64,000 bases of DNA from Sarea resinae (lineage: Eukaryota). Within the stretch, counting starts at the first letter, position 1. Each line of letters begins with the position of its first letter. The stretch is taken from positions 124,001-188,000 of the forward strand of contig JAPEUD010000044.1 of NCBI GenBank assembly GCA_026026165.1, written 5' to 3'. Both the position numbers and the translations under genes were made by a program. Of this stretch, positions 24,334-35,292 are shown piece by piece. The notes beneath the pieces were generated by a model. That model was not told the DNA's origin, made no database searches, and saw nothing but the letters and a program-made list of their open reading frames with translations.

Positions 24334-27300
24334 GCTATACCATTGGAATCTCAGGCGACGAGCGCTTAGCCATGTATGTATGCTTGAGAGCTCTGGTCTA
24401 TGCCACTATCTGGACACCAATAATCTCCAAACCAGGCTATCAGCACTTGATCCTTTGCCTCTACCGTGTTAATTGGATGGTGTCGCGTTCTTTGTCTGGA
24501 TGGGCAAAGATAGTCGACTATCTGCGAGTCTATACAGAGTATAGGCGAAGTACGAGTCATTGTGTTTGCTATTCCGAGCTGCCGGCTGGTGGCTTACGAT
24601 GCATCGTCCGCATCGTCGAGATACTGATTTGCTCATTGATGTGACTACCATTCCATGCAGCAGATCATGTCTCTCAGGGCATGCTCGAAACATGCTTCGC
24701 CAATATCAAGCTCAGTATTGGCTCACTAATACTTCTAGCTGTAGGAAGATGCACGGCTAATATACTTGCACGTTAACACCACATAGAGAAGCTAATCGCT
24801 TCATGTGTTTGAGACGGGCCGCTATGCATGAGACAGCAGGAGCATTAGCAGGACGTCTGCCTTGCGCTTACGGATTTGCTACAGTGTACCACGATTATTC
24901 CTTGCGAACGCTCGGAAAGAAAGAGATGGCGCCGCAAATAGAGGAAACCGGCTCATATTGAGTTTGCAACCCCTTACCGCAGCGTCTAATGACGGCCGAG
25001 ACAGGGCAGCTGGAGATCAGGATCCCGCCAGGCAGATCGATAGTCTTGTTGTCTGTACGAAGTACCGAAGAAAAGATCATCCCCACGTGGCTCGTGAAAC
25101 TCTTTGAATACTCCGAGTTCCCGTCCTAAAGGTTTTCGTTCATCCTCTGGCAGATATTTCATCGGACCAGCCCATGGAGCTTGAGGAGTAGATACCAGCT
25201 GAGCAGATTGACGGATAAGCAGGACCAAAGAGCTTGAGTTGAAGCTGATTTCAAAGTTGGCAAGTAGATACACAGTATGAGATACCTTACGGAAGAGTGA
25301 GCTCGCCTATCGCTCCTCGATCTCTCCTCGCTTGGGTTGACTCACATGGCAGAACGCTCAACATTGTTTTAGGCTTCGATCGCCACCTTTTGGGAAAAGA
25401 AGGCTGTGCCGAACTCAGATGCTCAGGGATTCATCATGGTTGGCAAACGTCCAATGCATGCATCGCGTGAAAGACAATCAGTCTGGCATCATCGAACTGT
25501 GGGCTCCACGCTTTCTGAAATGCAGGATATATGTCCCCGCTCACGCCCACGCCCACGCCCACGCACCCTGGACCAATCGCAGGGGCGTGAAGTACTTCGA
25601 CAGCAGAAGAAGCTGAATAGAGGAGCTTATGTACTCTGTAGGTCGGTGAGTGCAGTTTGCATACCTTAGTGGCATAGTCGCTTGCTATTGGAGATAAGTT
25701 GTTGTACGACGGACGAAATACTTGGATTGATATGTACTGTATGATCTTCTTGGCGGGAGATGCCGCCCACTTGGCCCTCTTCGTACGTACTTTGTACCGG
25801 AGAGTACAGACATAACTCGATGGCGGGGTATTCTGCGATAGCGGTAAGAATACGACTAAGATAACATTGTCGACACCTGTTTGAGCTCTCTATATACATA
25901 GTACTGTTTCTGTCTCAAGTATGCGATTTCGATGCCATGAGGATGCAAGAAGGTCAGAGCTTCCCCTCTTAGCTCTATTCCCAAGTCTAGACGGCGTGGA
26001 CTCTAAGCTCGCACCTTGGACCTACCTAGGCTCGTGTGCTGATCCGCTCTAGCGAACAACTACCAGCCCATTGGCCTGGTCCAAGAGCTTCACGAGAGGG
26101 AGCCAGTGCAGTCACTAGAGCTTAGGAATTCATTGCCGGCATAAGCGTAGGAGGGATGGTGTCAGACTATTGGTCAGAGGCATGATACGAACAGTACTTC
26201 GGTCAATAGTCCATTGGGCATCTTTTAGCCTGGGCTTTGACGAAGCGCGAAGGCTCATCCTAAATGATAGCGGGAAAACCAAGGATCGCATCTCCGGGAC
26301 AAGAGGGGGGGGGGGGAAGAAGCAGGGTAAAGGACGAATAATAAACCCCTGGGCGAGAATAACAACCCAACCCCACCCATCCATCCAGCCACCCACCCAC
26401 CAACCATCCAAATCTGCCACCTACCTTACCTTACCTTACCTACCTAGACACCTTATGGACCTTCTACCTAGCACACCTTCATGTCTGTCTACTGCATGTC
26501 GTTCCCTGTTAGTCGAGGTACCTTACGTGAATGATCAGACTGATCGCAAGGCTATCTAGAGGGTGGGAATAGGATTGACAGGCACGACAATTTCTCTTCA
26601 TTCTTGGAAAGTACAGGCAAATGTCGAGGGCCGTACTCTTCTGGATATGATTTTGATGATGTACCATGAACCCGGTTTGCATCTTCCGCCACGAAACGGA
26701 AAGTGACGCAGGACTATTTCAGAGCTCATGGATCTGAAACCTCCCGATCCACAGCAAGTGTTTGATGAATTTCTCCTCGTGGCCTTTGCTGCGGTGATAC
26801 GTGAGGGACCTATGGGCTGAAGTCGCCGTTATATGCACGGCGTAAGTACCTGTCGCAAGTCGGTATCAGGTAGAGCTACGAAGAGCTGACTTTCTCATGA
26901 TCGTCTGGCAGGCACGTGAAAGCCCATGTCGATGATAAAGCATTCCAGGAAAGGAGGTACCATGCAATACTTTATGCTTACCACTCTGCTCGTACATACC
27001 TAGTACCTAAGGTAGGAGGTACCTAGGTAGTTGTCATGCTTAGTACAGGCGATCAGATTGGATACATTGCTTAAAGTAGTCGCAACCTGGCCATTCGTGG
27101 ATCCATGGATGAATTCAAGTCTCTGCCCAGTACTAATACTCGGTGGTGGTCAGAACAAAGCTCCCTCTACTCTACCGTATGCAACCACACGGTACCTAGG
27201 TAGGTACAAAATCGCTAGACGTAGAGCAGACGTTCAGAGATAGCTGGAGTGGCTCGTGGTAGCTGGAAGTAGTCTGGCGTACCTGATAGGGTGGACTTCT

Positions 27301-27997
27301 CCAGGAAGTTAGTAACGCCCTTTAGCACCAAAGAGGGGAGATAAACTCAAAATATCCGAGCGACAGAGGCCAGCTTTGCACGGGGTGATGCAAGTACCTC
27401 AAGGTACCTCTCTCTCGACTCGTGAACCCCTTGAGAGCTGCCCAGCCAAAACAGGACCAGTCGAGCGGTCCACGAATAGACTCATCAATACCGGTACCAG
27501 AGATGACTCCCTGGATACCTGAGCTTCGAACTTCACATACAACCACAACCACCGGGTGTCCATCTTCACTCAGGTGTCCCCGGGCTTCCAGGATGTATTC
27601 AGATACTGCTAGTACGAGACGTACTGCCACGATCAACCGCCTTGCCGTCTCGTCTACAATCGTTCGGGCGAGGAAGGCGTCTGCTGACAGGCAGGAATTT
27701 CATCTCACTGGATCGACCAGCAGCGAGCGGGCGGGCGCGTTTCCCAAGCCGCGTCTGGATTTCAATCGCTTTCTCCTTACCGGCCTTGACGCTACATAGT
27801 CGCTACTGGCTACTTGCTGCATCCCCGCCCACCGCCCTCTCTCGCACACAGCTCTAACCCATCCCAATCCCCCCCCTCCTCCCTCCTCCTTCTCGAGTCT
27901 CGACTAGTCGTAGTCCCCTCTCCCCAATGACTCCAAGGTAATTATACTCTTCTCATCCAATTATAAGCCCCCAATAATCCAATCCCGTCCGGTCCAG

Positions 27998-28029
27998 TCG
28001 CATCGCATCGCATCGCATCGCATCGCATC
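27998..28029 (+). repeat. (GCATC)6 pentanucleotide repeat
   Basis: tcgcatcgcatcgcatcgcatcgcatcgcatc. Confidence 0.95.
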
Positions 28030-29407
28030 CTGACTGCTTGCACTCCATATCCCATCCGTCTTTCTACCTATCCTACCTCTTCCAAGCCACACCTCGACAT
28101 CTACTGCCTTAGTCTCTCTCAACCTTGTAATAACGCATCTGCATAGTCCCCCTACCTTTCATTAACATCCACCACTCTATCATATCGATCGTCGAGCATT
28201 CCTCATGCTGCGGTACCCACCGAGTCGGTAAAGTCACCATTGGAAAGGCTTCATTCGATTCGTCTCAGGAAAAGAGAGAAAGAGAGAGAGAGAGAGACAA
28301 GGTCGGTCTTTGTGTGTGGGAAGGAGTGTAGTAGAGAATACCTTGGTCGACGAAACCTATACAACGAGCAGCACACGATACCTCGAGAAACTCGAGCTTC
28401 TACTGCCATCGACCGTGAATTCATTTGCGCCCATCGGCCTCCAACGATTCCATCGTTCTCGACCTCGCCAGCCATTATTGGACGATCCGACTCGATTGAT
28501 TATTCGCTCTCTTGCAGCATCATCGCTCCCCACGGCGCAACAGTCATCACCATCAATCCTCATCAGGATCGCCATCGGCTCAGCCGAAGCAGCTGCACTG
28601 TTCTCATCTCCGCTGGCGGCTTGGATCGTAAAGTCACCAAAGCCACGTTGGATCTCATCAACCCGGCTTGCACTTTCGACCTCTATCGTTCTCCCCTGTC
28701 CCAAGAGTCTAATCGGTCTCGATCTCCGAGACCACTTGGAGCGGATCGAGGCCTTCTGCGGCCCTACGCTGGCAAAACTGTTGGACGTCTCTCGCAGAGG
28801 ACTAGCGCTCCCCAATCGCGTGTTATCCACTGGACGTTAAGCGTCCGGCAACCCTGTCACCGTTCGGGTCGCATCCTCGAGGGCCCCCCCCAAGGCTTCG
28901 ATTTCCGATTTCCGCGACTCGTACGGAGTGCCCATTCTCACCATTGTCGCCAGCACTCATCAGCGCGCAAGGTCACTATTGCAGCCACCTCCATCAAGGC
29001 CGTTGCCTGCATTGTTCTTCTACTGGTTGCATCTCCCCGTGATCATTGCACGCATTTTCAATCAGCAGCTGCCTGATCATCGCATGCGCGAGAGCTACAG
29101 CCAAGTTGAGTGCCGCGTCGACCATTCTGAGCCCACACGCGGTGACTGAGGCTTCACGCTACATACGACACCACACAACACCACGCATTTTCACATCATC
29201 AAGCTCTATCAACTATCCAGGCAAATTTTCGAAGCCAATCTCGAGCGGAATCGTTTTTGCACACCCTCGCAACATCATCGCATCGGAGTTTTCACCTCGC
29301 ATTATCGATCACCGTCGCGTCGCAAAGTCAACGTCTTGAACTGACACCACCGCTCTCAAGTGAGAGCCACGTCACAAATTTCATCCTCGAGAACATTTCC
29401 TCAAGGC

Positions 29408-31228
29408 ATGGCCAGCGGCTCTTATAACTCTACCGGATCAAGCCCTTCAGCTTCAAGCAATCAATTTCAATCCACTTCGCTGTCCTCGACATCCTCCCCG
29501 CCTCCAATCGCCGGTGCCACGAGTTATCCCCCATCTAAGTATGCGATGACCCCCGACGACTACATCACTTCCAACGGACAGTCTCCTCATTCGATGATGA
29601 CCTCATCGTCATACACAATGAATCCATTCAATGATATGGCATCGCTAGACAGAAGCTTGTCGGGCCTTCACTTCCTCGGAGGTGAACCCGAAAGGTCTGG
29701 TGGTGGTGGTGTCGCTGGTAGTATGCCGGCAATATTCATGCGGAAACTATCACGAAATGCTAGTTCCGAAGTACTGCGCAGCATGTTTCTCTTCGCAAAG
29801 GACTTTATCGATGCAGAATTCGTTCCGCAAGAATTTCCTGAGGATACCGGATACCTGTCTGCTGTCGCCCGATTTCGAACGCTCTCGGCAGCTTACGAAG
29901 CTAAACAAATGCTCGATGGAAAGCCAAATACGGCGAACGAAGCAAATATGATTGCTGAGGTGCTGCAAAATCCTATCATGGCTCCAGGGCAAAGACGGCA
30001 TACAGTCGACAGTACTGCTAGTCGTCAGGCCTCCAGCTCTGCTTCTTCCGCTGCATCCTCGAATGGACCCGCTGCTCGACAATCTTCCCGATATAATGGC
30101 ACATTTCAGGCCATGGAAAAGGTGTCGTCGCCTCCAGCGGCTTCCACTCTCAGCAACGGTGCGGCACTGATGAACGGAGATTTTCCAGTCCCCGAATCCA
30201 GTGCCCATTTTCAAAGTCTATTTTCACCACAATCGCCAATCAGTAATTCGCTAAGTGAGCGCCCGCGCATCACTGGAAAGTCGGTCATCAACGACGATTG
30301 TGTGGATGAGGAGACCGGTGAGCTCTTAAAGGATCCCGTTGCATATGCAAAGAACGGCCATTCAAGCGTTGGCATCCCCATACCCCGTCGAACGACCAAT
30401 CCGCAGCTACCTTTGTCTCGATTTGCTGGGCTTTCCATTAGCACGAACAACAATATCACGTCACCACCCATGCCGAGCTATACTTCCCCCCGATCCGGTC
30501 AAGCACCACTGCAGACGCCCAATTCGTCCATGTCACCACCGGGAATGGTTGCTCAAGGTCAAAATACCAATTACTCACTTGCTCCACAGCATTTTCCACG
30601 ACATAACTATCCGCCCGTCAACCCGGCTGACCAAAATCCACCTTGCAACACTCTATATGTTGGTAATCTGCCAATCGACACGTCCGAGGATGAGCTCAAG
30701 GCGATGTTTTCTAAGCAGCGAGGCTACAAGCGGCTGTGTTTCAGGACCAAACAAAATGGACCCATGTGCTTTGTCGAATTCGAAGACATATCATTTGCGA
30801 CCAAGGCACTTAACGAATTATATGGTCACCCGCTTCATAATAGCGTCAAGGGGGGTATTCGACTAAGTTTCTCGAAAAATCCCCTCGGTGTCCGGTCTGG
30901 ACAAACTTCCTCCATAGGTCCCCCGACACCCATGAGTCCGCCTGGCTCGATTCCAGGTCTAAGCGGAATGTCGAGCTTGCCTTTTGCGACGGCGAGTGGA
31001 CCACCTCCTGGTCTTAGTGCTCCTCCTGGACTTACCTCACCGATGGCTATCAATACTCCTACTGGCCCTCCCAGCGCAAATACTGCCAACATGGATTTCC
31101 CAGCCCGAAATTCCTCTTTCAGTAGTGCCAGTGGCGTCAGAGGTCCGGGTGGCGTCAGCAACGCGGCACCCGGCATCGGGCTCAACTCCATGAATCGCGG
31201 ATTTCCGGATTACATGCTGGGCCGATGA
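29408..31228 (+). CDS. WHI3: Whi3/Whi4/Scw1-family RNA-binding protein (intronless)
   Basis: Signature [18 protein letters not shown]...[20 protein letters not shown]...[15 protein letters not shown]-terminal RRM, plus a degenerate N-terminal RRM-like block and an RRHT PKA-type site. The first in-frame ATG is 29408. Confidence 0.92.
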   Translation: MASGSYNSTGSSPSASSNQFQSTSLSSTSSPPPIAGATSYPPSKYAMTPDDYITSNGQSPHSMMTSSSYTMNPFNDMASLDRSLSGLHFLGGEPERSGGGGVAGSMPAIFMRKLSRNASSEVLRSMFLFAKDFIDAEFVPQEFPEDTGYLSAVARFRTLSAAYEAKQMLDGKPNTANEANMIAEVLQNPIMAPGQRRHTVDSTASRQASSSASSAASSNGPAARQSSRYNGTFQAMEKVSSPPAASTLSNGAALMNGDFPVPESSAHFQSLFSPQSPISNSLSERPRITGKSVINDDCVDEETGELLKDPVAYAKNGHSSVGIPIPRRTTNPQLPLSRFAGLSISTNNNITSPPMPSYTSPRSGQAPLQTPNSSMSPPGMVAQGQNTNYSLAPQHFPRHNYPPVNPADQNPPCNTLYVGNLPIDTSEDELKAMFSKQRGYKRLCFRTKQNGPMCFVEFEDISFATKALNELYGHPLHNSVKGGIRLSFSKNPLGVRSGQTSSIGPPTPMSPPGSIPGLSGMSSLPFATASGPPPGLSAPPGLTSPMAINTPTGPPSANTANMDFPARNSSFSSASGVRGPGGVSNAAPGIGLNSMNRGFPDYMLGR

Positions 31229-32340
31229 ATTAGAAAACGAATTACGGCTCGGTTGGAAAAGACGCAAATGGCTTCCTCGCTCGCTTGCTTTAATGTGTGA
31301 CGATTAGGAAGGGAGTCAAAATGGCGTTCTCGTTCTTCATCATTCGGATGCAATGCAAAAGTGGCGTTTTCTCTTCTCTCCATATCACATTGTATCAGGC
31401 TCGGGTCTCTCATGTTCGTGTTTACTTTTGCCTGTCTCGCATATTGTTTGTCTGTACGCTATTGGTACGATAAGATCGCTTAATGACAGTGGGAGCTGGA
31501 GGGACATTGGAGGGGATTGACTGACCGTACGTGGGCTTTTCATTAAGTACAAGGGCAGCGTCCCTCGCACACCCTCTCCCAATTTCTTCCCACGTGATTT
31601 TGTTTTGGGGGAAGGCAATTTTTTTGCTTCACGGGGTTGTTTGCTTGTATTTCCTTTCCTAATGATTCCCCCTTTGCGTTTCTATCTCATCTTTTTTGGG
31701 AGTGGGGACAGAATTGCACACTTATCTGAAAGGGGCACGTTTAGATTTACAACACCCTTCTTCTTTCTACCTTTGTTTTTCGACGTGGGCATTGCGGCAG
31801 GAGTGAACTCATGTCTTATCTTGCTTGCCTGCTTGCTCCCTCTTTCTTCTCGTGTTTCGAGTGTGTGGCATTTTCTTTAGTGTCGTCCGACATCTCTTCA
31901 GTGAGGGAGCAGAGTTCGTTGCAAAGAAATAGGGACCGAGATCGGAAAAGGCATACTTTCGATGATAGGATGTGCTCATCTGTGCTTTGAGGTCTGTGCC
32001 GATATGATATTCGATCAGTGAATGAATGAGACGAACAGATCTGAGTTGATAAACTTCTAGGAATTCGTTATCAAAGGTGTCCAATGAAGTATGAAGATGC
32101 ATCGAGTCGTACGATAGATAGTGTTAAAAATCTACCTCTTTAGTCTTGGGGGCGTCTGATGATTCGTCGATAGGCAGCATCGTGACATTTCACAAGCACT
32201 GTCTGTTTGAAAGGCGCACAATTTGTTTTACCATAGACACACCATGAGATGATATGTTGATCCGACTAACCAACGCAATATGCATACATACGTACGTGCC
32301 TTACATAGGCAAAACGGTAACCTCATCGGAGGTGGGAAGT

Positions 32341-32346
32341 AAAAAA
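32341..32346 (-). terminator. Pol III oligo-T terminator
   Basis: T6 immediately after the tRNA discriminator base. Confidence 0.85.
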
Positions 32347-32429
32347 TGCGTCGGCCGGGAATCGAACCCGGGGCCCATCGAAACTATTGCTTATGGCAAC
32401 GATGGATTTTACCACTAAACCACCAACGC
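32347..32429 (-). tRNA. tRNA-Gly(GCC) with 12-nt intron
   Basis: GCGTTGG/CCGACGC acceptor stem, TGGTTTAGTGG A box, CATCG-TTGCCA[TAAGCAATAGTT]T-CGATG anticodon arm, GGTTCGATTCC B box. Confidence 0.97.
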
Positions 32430-32576
32430 TTCTTTGATCATACCTTAATATAACGCTATTATATACTGATGAGAGAAGCTCGGTGACCGAATCTAGATTA
32501 TGTCGTGCGCAGTACCTGATCAGCATGTCTCGCTCACGTCTCCATAAACATACCACCACCCAAAGCAAGCAAAGCA

Positions 32577-33509
32577 ATGGCTCCGTCCTCCCTCACAACT
32601 GGCATGCTAACCAATCTCACAAACCCTCTCATAACTCCCGCCCAGCTCTCGACGTCGGGCTCCCAACTCGATGGCCTACCGGCCGACCTCGAAACCTCGA
32701 TCCGATACGCCGGGTGCCTCCTAACGCAAGCTGCGGGGATCCTCCTACGGCTACCCCAAGACCTTATAGCTCAAGCAATCGTTATCTTGCAGCGGTTCTG
32801 GGCGGGCGCTGAGGGCGGCAGTATGCGTGTCTATGGCACCGCGGATGTTTCGGCCGCATGCCTTTATATGATGGCGAAGCTGAGTGCATCGTCGCCGCTG
32901 AGTCCCAGGATCGTGATCAATGTCTACGGCTTTTTGTTGTTTTCTGCGTCTCCCGTCTTTCGCCAAGGGGAGGGGATTATAGAGAAGAATCAGAATCCCG
33001 AGAGCTACTTTGTTTCGGACGGGGAATATTACTCGCGTCGTGCCGTCTTGCTCAAAACTGAAGCCCACGTTCTCCGTGTGCTGGGCTTTCAGACCCATGT
33101 GGCGCTGCCGCATTCGCTGGCCATCAATTACCTGCAAGCACTGGATACGTTCGGAAACAAGGCTTCCAGTGCAGCCTCAGCAGCTCTCGCACAACGGGTA
33201 TTCGCGCATTTGAACACCGCACTGCTGAGCCCACAACTACCGCTTCTGACGCATCAACCTCCTGCACTGGCGACAGCGGCAATTTATTTGGCGGCAAGGG
33301 AGTTGGGCATTAGGTTGCCCGACGAGGAGTGGTGGACCGTGTTTGATACCGAGAGAGAGGAGCTTGGGTTTCTAGTTGTGGGAATGAGGAGTATGGGCGG
33401 TTTTGCGGAGGCTGAGAGGGAGAGATGGGGAAAGCGAAGCGTGCCCATGAGTGTGGAGGATGTCGAAGATGAGCTTGCTACCAGGAGGACGCTTGAATCA
33501 GGGGAGTGA
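32577..33509 (+). CDS. Cyclin L-like transcriptional cyclin (intronless)
   Basis: SGSQLDGLPADLETSIRYAGCLLTQAAGILLRLPQ, EAHVLRVLGFQTHVALPH and PPALATAAIYLAARELGIRLPDEEWWTVFD cyclin-box motifs. Confidence 0.88.
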   Translation: MAPSSLTTGMLTNLTNPLITPAQLSTSGSQLDGLPADLETSIRYAGCLLTQAAGILLRLPQDLIAQAIVILQRFWAGAEGGSMRVYGTADVSAACLYMMAKLSASSPLSPRIVINVYGFLLFSASPVFRQGEGIIEKNQNPESYFVSDGEYYSRRAVLLKTEAHVLRVLGFQTHVALPHSLAINYLQALDTFGNKASSAASAALAQRVFAHLNTALLSPQLPLLTHQPPALATAAIYLAARELGIRLPDEEWWTVFDTEREELGFLVVGMRSMGGFAEAERERWGKRSVPMSVEDVEDELATRRTLESGE

Positions 33510-34458
33510 GGGGAACATGGGAGACATGGTCGTGAGAGAATCACATTATCTGCATGATCCGTTCAGAAAGCTCGGATAACACACAACTCAGTGGGCCCGT
33601 GGTCGAAGATCAATGGTCTCTTCCGATGCTCTTCGCGGGTCACCTCTAGCGATCGCCATCCAGATGCCAAAACCGCAGGTCCCAAAGTGGCTGGGGCTCA
33701 CGCATTTCCTCTAAAGCTTTGAGCTACATCCGATGGTTTCGCATATGAGATCATATGGAATTGTCGCGCTGTCTCTCATCGGCGTGAGAGCGCTCGAGCA
33801 GCGAGCCAAAGGCCTGTGTACCAGACCGCAGGAGACCATCCTGGTTCCGCGAGATCTGTCTACTGGTAAGGAAAGCAAGCAAAAGTCTGCGGCATTAGTC
33901 GTCCGTCCGTCAGTCTCTGCCATTGATGAGCTACTTTGAGTTCCTGCCTCTTCATTCAACAAACCTTGACTCTGGCATTAATCTATGACTGCGGCGATCA
34001 GATGGCCACATACAATCCCTCACTCTAATTGCAAGCGAGGCGACCGAAGGAATTCAAACATTGTTACAGTAATCAATGTCGGTTCAATATAGTTCTTGAT
34101 GGTTCTGATGGTAATTGCTTGTAAATCGTTCTACGAGCATGAACAGAAACATCTCTCAAACTTGGATTCGATCGATATGGAAGAAATTAGCCGATGTGAG
34201 CGCCTCTCCAGTGAGCGAGGACCGTGAGGTATGGATGCAGATATCAAGATCCTTGTCCGTTGAAACACAACCAGTTCCTTTGTCAAAGATCTTTTTCAAA
34301 GGTGAAAATGGTGTAAAGATTGTAACCGCTCATGTTCGGCAATCCTAGATATCGATGAGCTGACATATGCAGGGTCGCTTTAGATGCTTCTCTTACCAAT
34401 CACTCAGACAATCTGCTCTCACTCTAAGTCTGGTGATCATCGGCGCGGTGCAATCTTC

Positions 34459-35292
34459 TCAATTGATCAAGTCGAGCGAACCCCGAGCCTGGAGTTCTTG
34501 GAGCCATTGTGAGATTCGGGAGGAGCGAAGACCACTAGACTCTCGAGAGGAGCGTCGACCATCGGAGCTTCGAAATAATCGTCGATTTGGCTGGCTTTCA
34601 GGTTCACGATTCCGGGCGCCGTACATTCGGAAAAATCCTTGTGTCACGTAATCGGCGGGTGTGGGGCCAGCCGTATCAGGTCTGTCTAGCCGTTGATATG
34701 GAAGGCGTTCCCACCCTGGAGGTCCCGCTTCGCCCATGCTCCACCCGCTAGATGACGATGTCAGGCTCTCGACTCGCTCTTCTTCGATTTCCATCTTCCC
34801 ATCTTCATCCCAACTCCAGACGGACTTCGGGAGAGAGCTTTTAGGCAACTCTCCTCCAACGGCGTCAGCCCTCCTCTTCCAATGCCTTTGTATGAATTCA
34901 CCCCGAGATATCCTTACTGGGGGCAGTTTGGCCGGAAACATCTTCAACACCTCATTCTTCTCGATCTCAATATCCTTCTCTAGTTTGCGCAGTGCACGCT
35001 CCGTGTCCGCTTTTTCTTGTACTGCGAGTCTACGGGTGCCACGATCGACTTCACCCGGTCTGAGGTAGATGATTCGACGGAGTCCGTAGAGTGTCTCGCT
35101 GAGCTCCTCGCGTTCTGCGTCCCATTTCGGCTGCTTTTCTTTGGTCCACGCCTCTAGTGAGCAGCTACCGCAGGACCTGGATGGAAAGATGGTGAGACAA
35201 TCATGAGTGTGACACCTGACCCGGCCACAGACCGAATGGCGGACGGTCTTTACGTGACCGCAGCTGTACCTCAAGCGGTGGCCGGTGCACAT
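34459..35292 (-). CDS. Hypothetical protein with Cys/His-rich N-terminus and coiled coil
   Basis: 277-aa ATG-initiated intronless ORF beginning MCTGHRLRYSCGH...C...C...C...CGSC, followed by a charged helical segment. Confidence 0.65.
   Translation of the reverse strand: MCTGHRLRYSCGHVKTVRHSVCGRVRCHTHDCLTIFPSRSCGSCSLEAWTKEKQPKWDAEREELSETLYGLRRIIYLRPGEVDRGTRRLAVQEKADTERALRKLEKDIEIEKNEVLKMFPAKLPPVRISRGEFIQRHWKRRADAVGGELPKSSLPKSVWSWDEDGKMEIEEERVESLTSSSSGWSMGEAGPPGWERLPYQRLDRPDTAGPTPADYVTQGFFRMYGARNREPESQPNRRLFRSSDGRRSSRESSGLRSSRISQWLQELQARGSLDLIN

Noticed and set aside
26652..26822. Two TGATGA...CTGA units suggesting tandem C/D snoRNAs
   Set aside because: Weak terminal stems, a second unit that is too short, and no rRNA-complementary guide that I could recognise. 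snoscan would settle it.
28228..28639. 12-mer GTAAAGTCACCA repeated exactly 400 nt apart
   Set aside because: A single short pair with no element structure between the copies; plausibly chance.
28240..29076. 278-aa and 176-aa ORFs upstream of WHI3
   Set aside because: Non-ATG starts, passage through a GA microsatellite and no domain signal. They are consistent with 5' UTR sequence.
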